The notes under the pieces are model-generated. The model saw only the letters and a list, made by a program, of their open reading frames with translations. It had not been told where the DNA came from and ran no database searches. Below, in pieces: positions 9,915-18,131 of a stretch of DNA of 64,000 nucleotides. A program made the position numbers and the translations under genes. The stretch's first letter is position 1. Each line of letters starts with the position of its first letter. Where the stretch lies: IMG/VR virus record IMGVR_UViG_3300029983_000007, positions 266,209 through 330,208 of that record; one strand, written 5' to 3'.

Positions 9915-10331
9915 TTATAATATAAATCCAAATTTGATACCAATTCCTGTGCTATTAGTATAAAATACACTAGTAATCAATGTATTTTCATAAATATATC
10001 CTATCTCTGCTCCTCCACTAAATAATTGTTTATTACTTACTAATTTAATATCATTTTGAGGTGTTGCACACATACCAGCTAACCCCATAATATAAAAATT
10101 AGAATCAAAAACATAACCTATTCCATAATTAAAATAATCTGGTAGTCTATCATCAACTGGTAATGATATGCTTAAACATTGATAAATTGATTTTTCAGAA
10201 ATATATCCAAAATCTACACCAACTGATTTGCTAGAGTATGATAATTTTGTGATTAACTTAGTCTGATCATTTTGTGAAAACATTGAAATTGATATAAATA
10301 ACAATACAATGATTAATTTAAAGTTTTTCAT
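9915..10331 (-). CDS. Putative secreted/outer-membrane beta-rich protein
   Basis: Signal-peptide-like N-terminus, alternating beta pattern, aromatic-rich C-terminal strand. Confidence 0.6.
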   Translation of the reverse strand: MKNFKLIIVLLFISISMFSQNDQTKLITKLSYSSKSVGVDFGYISEKSIYQCLSISLPVDDRLPDYFNYGIGYVFDSNFYIMGLAGMCATPQNDIKLVSNKQLFSGGAEIGYIYENTLITSVFYTNSTGIGIKFGFIL

Positions 10332-10624
10332 AATTTATTTAATTTATTTAATTTTTTCCTTCTCAAAAATTGCTCAATTTTCATATCAAGAAGTTGTTTA
10401 CTAACAAAATAACTACCTCTTCCTGCGGTATAATCACACTGATCAAGCCATAATTCAAATGATATTCCGTCATCTTCAATATTTTCATGAATAATACTAG
10501 AATATTTTCCAAATTGACCAGATTTATTTAAAATTTCAGTAGCCAATTCTAAATATTGTTCTGTAATAGAATCAGCTTTAATTATTAATTTTGATCTTTT
10601 TTCAAATGTTTCGTCGTAGTTCAT
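10328..10624 (-). CDS. RKxKL-tail small protein
   Basis: Ends LRRKKLNKLNKL. Confidence 0.7.
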   Translation of the reverse strand: MNYDETFEKRSKLIIKADSITEQYLELATEILNKSGQFGKYSSIIHENIEDDGISFELWLDQCDYTAGRGSYFVSKQLLDMKIEQFLRRKKLNKLNKL

Positions 10625-10956
10625 TGAATTTCATCTTTTAACCAATTTAAAAAATCTTCTTCATTTGAAAAAGACAAAATAGAATCTTCATCATATGGAA
10701 ATTCACACATAACACTTGAACCAGATGTATTTTTTTCTATTTTTATATTATCTGATGTGAAAATAATTTTGACTTGAGTAGTTTCTCCTTCTTCATAATC
10801 AGTCCAACCATAAGTTGCTTCAATAATATTATCAAAAGTTACATCATAATCTAATATTGGTCCAGTTTCACTACCATTACTATAATGTTCAGAATTTATT
10901 TTTTCTTCTTTATCAAATAAAGCAATAGCATTTAACATTACATCTGTTACATTCAT
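10621..10956 (-). CDS. Hypothetical acidic protein
   Basis: First ORF behind TATCTTTG element at 10988-10995. Confidence 0.7.
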   Translation of the reverse strand: MNVTDVMLNAIALFDKEEKINSEHYSNGSETGPILDYDVTFDNIIEATYGWTDYEEGETTQVKIIFTSDNIKIEKNTSGSSVMCEFPYDEDSILSFSNEEDFLNWLKDEIQ

Positions 10957-11060
10957 AATATTTATATTATTAGAGATTATTAGAATGCAAAGATACTAAA
11001 TATAATTCGAATAAAAAAATATTATTTGTTTTTTTAAATTTTATTTTTAATGATTATATT

Positions 11061-11069
11061 TAATATATA
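11061..11069 (+). promoter_or_regulatory. TAATATATA putative late promoter
   Basis: Immediately upstream of MKYLKTFE start at 11077. Confidence 0.55.
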
Positions 11070-11076
11070 TAGTCAT

Positions 11077-11427
11077 ATGAAATACTTAAAAACATTTGAA
11101 TCATTATTATATAGTGATTATAAGGCTGGAGATTACGTACTACTTGATTTAATTAAAATAAAATCTAATAACAAAGATAATGATTATGAAATGGATGAAG
11201 TTGATGAATATGGCAATTCTATACCAATTGATGAATTTGCATTAATAAAGGATAAGACTGTTGAATTAAATAATGGACTTTATTTATATAGTGTAACTTT
11301 TTATAATTATAATAATGAAAAAAATGATTCTTATGGTGTTGAGTCAGATGAAATAATAAGAAAGCTAAATACAAATGAGATAGAAGAGTTCAACAGAAAA
11401 AAAGAAGCATTGAAATACAACATATGA
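11077..11427 (+). CDS. Dual-tag small protein, GDYV subfamily
   Basis: Likely start MKYLKTFE at 11077; AGDYVL; ends LKYNI. Confidence 0.8.
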   Translation: MKYLKTFESLLYSDYKAGDYVLLDLIKIKSNNKDNDYEMDEVDEYGNSIPIDEFALIKDKTVELNNGLYLYSVTFYNYNNEKNDSYGVESDEIIRKLNTNEIEEFNRKKEALKYNI

Positions 11428-11858
11428 AATATTTAAAAAAATTTGAAAATAGATTAACTAACGTATTTAAATCTAAAGATGTAGATATGTGGGATGAATA
11501 TATAGAAACTGAGTTAGAAACCGAATATGGATATAATAAACTCATTGGGGCTGTACATGCTGGAAATCTTAAAAGATTTGAATATTTATTACCAATATAT
11601 AAAAATAAAATAAATAATATTTATGATGGAAAGAATGTATTAATTGAGGTTATAATACGAGATATTGATTTATATGAAAAAAAGAAAATGATTGAATTAT
11701 TATTGGATAATGGAGTTAATTATAAGCTCGAGTTTGGAGGTGATACATTTTATGATTTGATTACTAATGATAAATTAAAAAAATGGTTTGACGATAAATA
11801 TCCAGATATAGTAAAAGAGCTTAATTTATATAAAAATACAAATAAATATAATTTATGA
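11424..11858 (+). CDS. Dual-tag protein with ankyrin-like repeats
   Basis: MKYLKKFE; LIGAVHAG, IELLLDNGVN; TNKYNL. Confidence 0.75.
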   Translation: MKYLKKFENRLTNVFKSKDVDMWDEYIETELETEYGYNKLIGAVHAGNLKRFEYLLPIYKNKINNIYDGKNVLIEVIIRDIDLYEKKKMIELLLDNGVNYKLEFGGDTFYDLITNDKLKKWFDDKYPDIVKELNLYKNTNKYNL

Positions 11859-12169
11859 AATATATAAAAACATTTGAAAAATTAGATAGAAAAATAAAAA
11901 AAGGAGATTATGCTATAATCGATTTTAAAACAACTAATCCTGGAGTTACAGAATTTTTTCAAAATAATATTAGTAAAATTATCGAAGTAAGAGGAATATG
12001 GATTAAATTTGGTTATAAATATGTACCAGAAGAAATCAAGGAATATTTTTATAAATCTAGAGTATATTATATATATCAAATAGAGTTAAACTTAGAAGAT
12101 GTTTACTCTTATGCTATCTCAAAAGAAAAATTAGAATTAGAATTATCAACAAAAAAATTCAACATATGA
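11855..12169 (+). CDS. Dual-tag small protein, GDY subfamily
   Basis: MKYIKTFE, KGDYA, TKKFNI. Confidence 0.8.
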   Translation: MKYIKTFEKLDRKIKKGDYAIIDFKTTNPGVTEFFQNNISKIIEVRGIWIKFGYKYVPEEIKEYFYKSRVYYIYQIELNLEDVYSYAISKEKLELELSTKKFNI

Positions 12170-12744
12170 AATATATAAAAACATTTGAATTATCAACTTT
12201 TTATGATGAAAAAGATATATTTTGGTATATCCATAATATTAATTTACCTAAAATTAAAGAATTAGTATCTGAAATACCTAATATTAATCTTAATATTAAA
12301 GATAGTACTGGTGAAACACCTTTGCTTCAGTCAGTTAGGTTTAGTTTATATAACGTGTTTAAATTTTTGATAGAATCAGGAGCAGATGTAAATTGTACAT
12401 GTACTAATGGAGTCACTCCATTGATGATAGCAGCAAGAAATAAAAAAGAAGAATTTGTTCAAGATTTAATAGATGCTCACGCAGATTTGAATATTAAAAA
12501 TGATGACGGCGAAACTGCATTAATTATGATTTCTAGCTACACAGATAAAAAGGCTTTTAAAATAATTGAAAACTTAATTGAAAGTGGTGCAGATTGGAAT
12601 ATATCTGATAATTATAATAATACTTTTTTGATGCATTTACAACCTGCATATATGAAAAAAATAATAGAAAAATATCCAGATAAATATGAAGAATTTATTA
12701 AAGAATATAATTTTAAAAATGATATAAAAAAATTCAATTTATGA
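12166..12744 (+). CDS. Dual-tag ankyrin-repeat protein
   Basis: GETPLL, GVTPLMIAA, GETALIM, LIESGAD repeats; IKKFNL. Confidence 0.9.
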   Translation: MKYIKTFELSTFYDEKDIFWYIHNINLPKIKELVSEIPNINLNIKDSTGETPLLQSVRFSLYNVFKFLIESGADVNCTCTNGVTPLMIAARNKKEEFVQDLIDAHADLNIKNDDGETALIMISSYTDKKAFKIIENLIESGADWNISDNYNNTFLMHLQPAYMKKIIEKYPDKYEEFIKEYNFKNDIKKFNL

Positions 12745-13142
12745 AATATATAAAAAAATTTGAAAGTGAAATATCAGATGATGAGAAAGCTATTTTGGAT
12801 AGTCAAAAAGCGGAAGATAATTATCTTAGACAAAGATATAAAGATATGAAGAAATATTTATTTTTTAAAGATAGAACGGGTAATATAGATAATGGAACAT
12901 ATTTTATATTAGAAAAAGATAGAATGGAAGCAGTATATGATCACACTAACCTTTTTATTGTGACTAACAAATTATATACATATAATTTGAACACAGATAA
13001 ATTGAAAAATGAAAAAAGAAAAGATAAGCATTACAATTTAAATAAATATAAACTTGGTTATATAATGACAGATTCAGATAATTTACAGGATTTATTAGAT
13101 TATATACCTGCTCTAAAACACACAAATAAATTTAATCTATGA
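12741..13142 (+). CDS. Dual-tag protein
   Basis: MKYIKKFE ... TNKFNL. Confidence 0.8.
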   Translation: MKYIKKFESEISDDEKAILDSQKAEDNYLRQRYKDMKKYLFFKDRTGNIDNGTYFILEKDRMEAVYDHTNLFIVTNKLYTYNLNTDKLKNEKRKDKHYNLNKYKLGYIMTDSDNLQDLLDYIPALKHTNKFNL

Positions 13143-13612
13143 AACACATTAAAACGTTTGAAAATGCATTCACTGACATATTTAAAAAAAGGAAGAAATT
13201 ACCTCACGAAGTTATTAATTTTGGTGATGTATTAACTAAATTTATAGAGAAAAATATTGATATGGAATGGGATGTTTATTCAAATACATATGAAAGTAGT
13301 AATAAAAAATATTATGATGTTGTAAGAATTTTTATTGACCCACATGATATAGATGATGCTGCTGAAGTTTTGGAATTGCATTATAATTATGATAGAAATT
13401 CTATTTTATATTGTTACCATCCAATAATGAATTTTATGGAAGATATTAAAGACTATTTAGGAAATATTGTAAAGAATAGTTCTATTGAAGATGTTTCATC
13501 TGCTGGAGATAATAGATATTGGATACCACTAGATAAATTACCTGAAATAATAAATAAAATAAATAGCTCTGATTTTGATTATTATAAGTCGACAAAAAAA
13601 TTTAACATATGA
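13139..13612 (+). CDS. Dual-tag protein
   Basis: MKHIKTFE ... TKKFNI. Confidence 0.8.
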   Translation: MKHIKTFENAFTDIFKKRKKLPHEVINFGDVLTKFIEKNIDMEWDVYSNTYESSNKKYYDVVRIFIDPHDIDDAAEVLELHYNYDRNSILYCYHPIMNFMEDIKDYLGNIVKNSSIEDVSSAGDNRYWIPLDKLPEIINKINSSDFDYYKSTKKFNI

Positions 13613-13986
13613 AATATATAAAAAAATTTGAACGTAAAAAGAATGAATTTTATACAATTAAAAATGAATTAATTAATGCTGTATATCATGGTAATTATTC
13701 TAAAACTAAAAAATTATTAGATTCTGGCTTTGATGTTAATAGTAATATAGATGGAAGAAATTCTGCATTATTATATGCTTCTTATAAAGGAGAATGGAAT
13801 ATTTTATTTCTAATATTAAAATATAATCCTGATTGGTACATAAAAGATATTTCAAAATATGATTTTATTGACTATATAAATGATCATATAGATGGAGATA
13901 AAGTAATAGAAAAAATAACAAAAAAATATCCTGTTAAATACAATGAGTATTTAATGATAAAAAAATCAGAAAAATTTAATTTATAA
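13609..13986 (+). CDS. Dual-tag ankyrin-repeat protein
   Basis: LINAVYHG, LLDSGFDVN, GRNSALLYA; SEKFNL. Confidence 0.85.
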   Translation: MKYIKKFERKKNEFYTIKNELINAVYHGNYSKTKKLLDSGFDVNSNIDGRNSALLYASYKGEWNILFLILKYNPDWYIKDISKYDFIDYINDHIDGDKVIEKITKKYPVKYNEYLMIKKSEKFNL

Positions 13987-13988
13987 AT

Positions 13989-14294
13989 ATGAAAGTAGAA
14001 AAATTTAATGAGCATAATTTTACAACATTTGATGATGATATTGTATATGCAGGTAAATCTAAATACCCAGTAGGCACCAAAATTAAATTTAAAGATGATG
14101 GTGAGTATTTAACTGGTACTTTGACACATCCATTTGGTTATGGTGATGTTGGTGTATTCTTAGATGAAAAAGGTAAATATAAATATGATAGGGTATCACT
14201 AAAAAACAATGAATATACAGTAATTGATGATGATGTTGATAAATTCATTAAAGATCACAATTTCAAAAAAGATATAAAAAAATTCAATTTATAA
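13989..14294 (+). CDS. Dual-tag protein (variant N-terminus MKVEKFNE)
   Basis: Ends IKKFNL. Confidence 0.8.
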   Translation: MKVEKFNEHNFTTFDDDIVYAGKSKYPVGTKIKFKDDGEYLTGTLTHPFGYGDVGVFLDEKGKYKYDRVSLKNNEYTVIDDDVDKFIKDHNFKKDIKKFNL

Positions 14295-14340
14295 GTGAAA
14301 TAGCTTATAACTTATGTTTATAAGTGAAATAGCTTATAAC
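14289..14340. repeat. Two tandem copies of a 23-nt self-complementary hairpin
   Basis: TTATAAG-TGAAATAG-CTTATAA-C at 14289 and 14318. Confidence 0.85.
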
Positions 14341-14341
14341 G

Positions 14342-14382
14342 AAAAAATCCTATCTAATTTTTCAATTAGATAGGATTTTTTT
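14342..14382. terminator. Bidirectional intrinsic terminator
   Basis: AAAAAATCCTATCTAATT/AATTAGATAGGATTTTTT. Confidence 0.85.
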
Positions 14383-14387
14383 TAATA

Positions 14388-14519
14388 TTGCTTGAGAATA
14401 CAGCATTATAGAGAAGAACTTTAGAAACTATTATTTTTTTCTCACTAACATTTGAATTAGTATTCTTCTAATACAATCTAAGAAATAATTAAACTTCTTT
14501 TGTTGTTAGATAGTTCGGT
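14388..14519 (-). ncRNA. Degenerate stand-alone copy of the 3' module of the large ncRNA
   Basis: Shares TAACAACAAAAG and AATAATA..TT.TAA..TTCTTCT.TATAA....ATT.CTCA blocks with 14725-14870; both abut a terminator. Confidence 0.5.
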
Positions 14520-14675
14520 AAAATGATAAAAAATAATTAAATTCATTAAATTTTAATTAATATTTTACTTTTTTTTCTTCATTCATAGAGGATCTAATGG
14601 ATTTACTCTCCTGAAGCGTTAATTTGGGTGAACTCAACCCTATTTTAATATTTTTTTATTAAAAATAAATAAATG

Positions 14676-14715
14676 AAAAAAAACACTACTTAATATTGAA
14701 TTAAGTAGTGTTTTT
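14676..14715. terminator. Intrinsic terminator after large ncRNA
   Basis: AAAAACACTACTTAAT/ATTAAGTAGTGTTTTT. Confidence 0.8.
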
Positions 14716-14724
14716 ATTTGTAAT

Positions 14725-15735
14725 AGGCTGAGAAATATACCTTATACAGAAGAATCTTAAAAAGTTATTATTGTTTCTACTTTCTTTCCACTAATATTGG
14801 TTTCCCTAACATTAGTAATTCTCAATGACAGTCAATTAGATTAACTAATCCTTTTGTTGTTAATTACTCTCTCAGTACTTATTACCTATCTAGGTTGCCA
14901 CCCAAACTCAATCTTGCTACAGATTTAAGGAATTTTTCTGAAAATCATGTCAAACTTGGGGTTCTTCACGGCTACGACGATTTTCATCTCATAACTAGTA
15001 GTCACCTTTCATCAACAACAGTCGAACACTTTTCCTTTATTTGTTTTATTTTAATTGTGCATTAAATTTGCAATTTAAAGTTTGTTTTGTGGATAATGAA
15101 AGTAGTGGTTCGACAACCAGCGTCTCCATCTTTTGAACGGAAATATACTAAACTACTCTCTGAGATATCCCTATCTCCATATTTTAAGTCAACTAAGATA
15201 CTCTCATAGCACTTGGTAATGCTAAGGTAACCTTAATAACAGCACCACCTGTACATTGTATTACAATCTAATATTACCTTTCGGTTTTAAGCTAACTCTC
15301 ATAATGGACAACGCAATTATACAACTGGAAATCGTATTTCTTGCAATAATCCTTCAGGTTATTCTTATTGATGTTCCCATCTCACTTAGACTACCCACAT
15401 AGCCTTTGCATTAAACCACTTTCTCTACAGTGTTACCCTCGATAATTAAGGTTTAATGATATCCTGATTGTCTGCTCAAACACTAAATAATGTATTAATA
15501 ACAAATTAACTAACTATTAACTATTCATATTAATGAGTATGTGAAGAATCTTACCGAAGCAAAATCAATTACACACAAAAAAATGTGTCAAATTAATAAT
15601 TGTTGTATCTGTTGATTAATAAATAATTTAATGTCGCAAATATATAGAAACAACTACATATTCACTTTATCCTACTTTCGTAGTTTATTTAATGACTACA
15701 GACAGCCAAATATTTTCAATTTTTACAAAGAACGC
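14725..15735 (-). ncRNA. ~1-kb ornate structured ncRNA, ROOL/GOLLD-like (family unverified)
   Basis: ORF-free and GC-richer; minus-strand GNRA hairpins CTAC-GAAA-GTAG (15672-15683), ACC-GAAA-GGT (15276-15285), GAGATA-GGGA-TATCTC (15162-15177); many other stems; terminator at 3' end. Confidence 0.65.
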
Positions 15736-15899
15736 TTTTAATAAAAAACAAACATTTAGATTGTAGTAAAAATTTATACTATCACTTCTTAACTAAAAGA
15801 AGTTAGTTCTAATAAAAGGAATTAACCTTTTAAACTTGTAAATTAACCATTTTCATAGTTATATATACTAATCAATCTAAATGTGTTGTTTCTTGTTGT

Positions 15900-15919
15900 T
15901 TCAAGTACGTTTACTTGAA
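15900..15919. promoter_or_regulatory. Palindromic operator-like site TTCAAGTA-N4-TACTTGAA (copy 1 of 5)
   Basis: Other copies at 16671, 16981, 17569, 18034. Confidence 0.6.
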
Positions 15920-16039
15920 AAATGACACAAATCTATTTCAGTCCATTTTTTTCTTTTCAGAACTTTTTTCAGTGGAACAATAAACATTTGGTATGTTCAT
16001 TATATTTACTGTTATAATATAAATCCTTAAATTTGTATT

Positions 16040-16565
16040 ACATTTGCAACATTTACTTCTGTAATATTAATCGTACACTTTTGCAAGCTTCAAGTTGGCT
16101 TTTGCCTTTGATTATTTTTATTACTTTTTCAATTTCATTAATATCTAAGTGTGTTTAGTTGCACTATCTCCTTTTGCAAGCTTCAAGGTGGTTTCTGTAC
16201 CATTAGATTTTTCATTGCTTTTACTATCTAAGTGTGTTTAATTGCACTATCTCCTTTTGCAAGCTTCAAGGTGGTTTCTATACCATTAGATTTTCAGTTT
16301 CATTTACAATTTAGTTTATTTCTACATGTGTTCATTTATAGTTATACACCTATTGCAAGCTTCAAGGTGATTTCTGTATCAACATTTTTCATTGTATTTG
16401 AAATATATAAGTGTGTTCATTTGCACTATCTCCTTTTGCAAGCTTCAAGGTGGTTTCTATACCATTATATTTCTCATTGTATAAGCAAGATAATTAATAT
16501 GTAAGTGTGTTCATTTGCACTATCTCCTTTTGCAAGCTTCAAGGTGGTATTTTATACCATTACAT
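16040..16565 (-). repeat. Tandem array of six ~66-nt pseudoknot/three-way-junction RNA units
   Basis: Units at ~16040-16097 (degenerate), 16143-16208, 16226-16291, 16322-16385 (degenerate), 16405-16470, 16499-16565; compensatory changes in three stems. Confidence 0.9.
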
Positions 16566-16612
16566 TTTTCATTGCTTCAATCTGAAATTTGATTTGTTTC
16601 ATTATTGTAGTT

Positions 16613-16644
16613 CAAAATTACAAAAAGTTTTTTGTTTTACCAAA
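16613..16644 (-). promoter_or_regulatory. Bacteroidota-type promoter driving the RNA array
   Basis: Minus strand TTTG-N20-TAATTTTG; palindrome upstream at 16671-16690. Confidence 0.75.
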
Positions 16645-16810
16645 TATTTAATGTTAAAGTTTTGAACTTTTTCAAGTACTCTTACTTGAATGAGTATTAA
16701 AAAACCAAGTCATTTATAAGTTCTGTTAGCTTCTCAGCTTAGAAAAATAAACTTTCATTTGTCATATTTATTCTTGTAACTTTACAAATCTGCGAAATGT
16801 ATTATTATCA

Positions 16811-16877
16811 ATCTAAGTGTGTTCATTTGCACTATCTCCTTTTGCAAGCTTCAAGGTGGTATTTTATACCATTAGAT
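16811..16877 (-). ncRNA. Seventh copy of the 66-nt pseudoknot motif
   Basis: Near-identical to 16499-16565, own promoter at 16921-16952. Confidence 0.8.
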
Positions 16878-16920
16878 TATCTATTAAATCTGATATATGT
16901 TTTGCTTTTTTATTGTAGTT

Positions 16921-16952
16921 CAAAATTACAAAAAGTTTTTTGTTTTACCAAA
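16921..16952 (-). promoter_or_regulatory. Bacteroidota-type promoter
   Basis: TTTG-N20-TAATTTTG. Confidence 0.75.
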
Positions 16953-17072
16953 TATTTAATGTTAAAGTTTGAACTATTTTTTCAAGTACTCCTACTTGTT
17001 TTTGTTATGAATAATAATCAAGGAACTTACTTCTTCTGACAAGTCAGTGTTTCAGTGTTAAAATTAATATTC

Positions 17073-17163
17073 ATAGTGAAGATAGATGGAGTTGAACCCA
17101 GTGTCAGTAACACTTGCCTTCTGCACAATTCGAATCGTGCTGCACCCTGTGTGCTTATCTTCA
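17073..17163 (-). tRNA. tRNA(Sec)-like element with non-canonical anticodon loop
   Basis: 8-bp acceptor TGAAGATA/TATCTTCA, D stem GCAC/GTGC, anticodon arm GCACGA-TTCGAA-TTGTGC (6-nt loop), long variable arm, GTTCAACTCC T-loop; no CCA. Confidence 0.55.
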
Positions 17164-17506
17164 TCATTTTTATAATTTAATCAATAGTCAGTCCTTGTAG
17201 AGAAATAATAGCAGTCAGTCACTGATCATCTGACATTAGGTTCACACATCATCAAAAATTAATTTGATAGGTAATTTCCACGGTGTAGTTACTATTTACA
17301 TTTATAACAAGATAAGTTCTACAGTTCTCATATCTATTTCAATGGACTTTTCATCTTTGATAATTTTCATTATCATTAACTCACCACTATTAGCATCAAA
17401 TTCATCTGGTTCATATATATTTTGTTACAAACATATACACTCTGATTTCAGATATTGCTGATATTTCTTGTTTAAATCTGATTTTTTGATTTAAATTATT
17501 GTAGTA

Positions 17507-17538
17507 CAAATATACAAAAAGTTTTTTGTTTTACCAAA
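17507..17538 (-). promoter_or_regulatory. Bacteroidota-type promoter
   Basis: TTTG-N20-TATATTTG. Confidence 0.7.
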
Positions 17539-17760
17539 TATTTTTTGATATTTTTTCTACATTTTTTACTCAAGTACGTTTACAAGAGTTTTAAAAAATC
17601 AAATCATTTTTCAGTTCTTTTTATCTTCACAGATTAGAAATAACATTTTTTCATTTGTTATATTTACTTCTGTAACATTAAATTTATGTATTTTCAGTTT
17701 CACTATAATCTTGTTCAAGATTAAGGGTGGTTTCCTTACTACTAAATTGTGATTACTTTA

Positions 17761-17826
17761 ATCTAAGTGTGTTCATTTGCACTATCATTCTCTTGCAAGC
17801 TTTGAGAGGTTTTTATACCATTAGAT
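17761..17826 (-). ncRNA. Eighth, divergent copy of the pseudoknot motif
   Basis: Pseudoknot stem CCTT/AAGG replaced by TCTC/GAGA; other stems kept. Confidence 0.8.
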
Positions 17827-17865
17827 TTTTTTCAATCTGAAATTTGATTTGTTTTTATTGTAGTT

Positions 17866-18125
17866 CAAAATTACAAAAAGTTTTTTGTTTTACCAAATAT
17901 TTAATGTTAAAGTTTTGAACTTTTTTTCAATTGAAATTTAATTTTTGTGATTATATTTCTTTTGATATTGTAGTGCAAAATTACAAAAAGTTTTTTGTTT
18001 TACCAAATATTTAATGTTAAAGTTTTGAACTTTTTCAAGTACTCTTACTTGAAGTTTTTTGTTTTTTATTGTAGTACAAAATTAATAAAAGTTTTTGATA
18101 CTACCAAATATTTAATGTTAAAGTT
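17866..18125 (-). promoter_or_regulatory. Three stacked near-identical Bacteroidota-type promoters
   Basis: TAATTTTG elements at 17866, 17976, 18077 within a repeated ~60-nt block. Confidence 0.7.
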
Positions 18126-18131
18126 TCAGTT

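Noticed and set aside
16143-16208. Known ribozyme or riboswitch (hammerhead, twister, pistol, SAM-II, preQ1, ZTP)
   Set aside because: Lacks CUGANGA/GAAA and the twister/pistol cores; only fragments (TTGCAA, ACCACC) resemble them; not upstream of metabolic genes. An Rfam search is still needed.
16150-16215. Selenoprotein micro-ORF (MKNLMVQKPP-TGA followed by a SECIS-like hairpin, with a tRNA-Sec-like gene nearby)
   Set aside because: Other copies stop earlier (TAG/TAA) or use other frames, and the tRNA lacks a UCA anticodon loop.
16143-16565. CRISPR array
   Set aside because: Repeats are ~66 nt and longer than the 17-35-nt, uneven, T-rich linkers; copies covary structurally; no cas genes in the window.
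16232-17461. Plus-strand ORFs 16232-16504, 16797-17039, 17264-17461 from the track
   Set aside because: They run antisense to the promoters through repeats and their translations simply mirror the repeat sequence.
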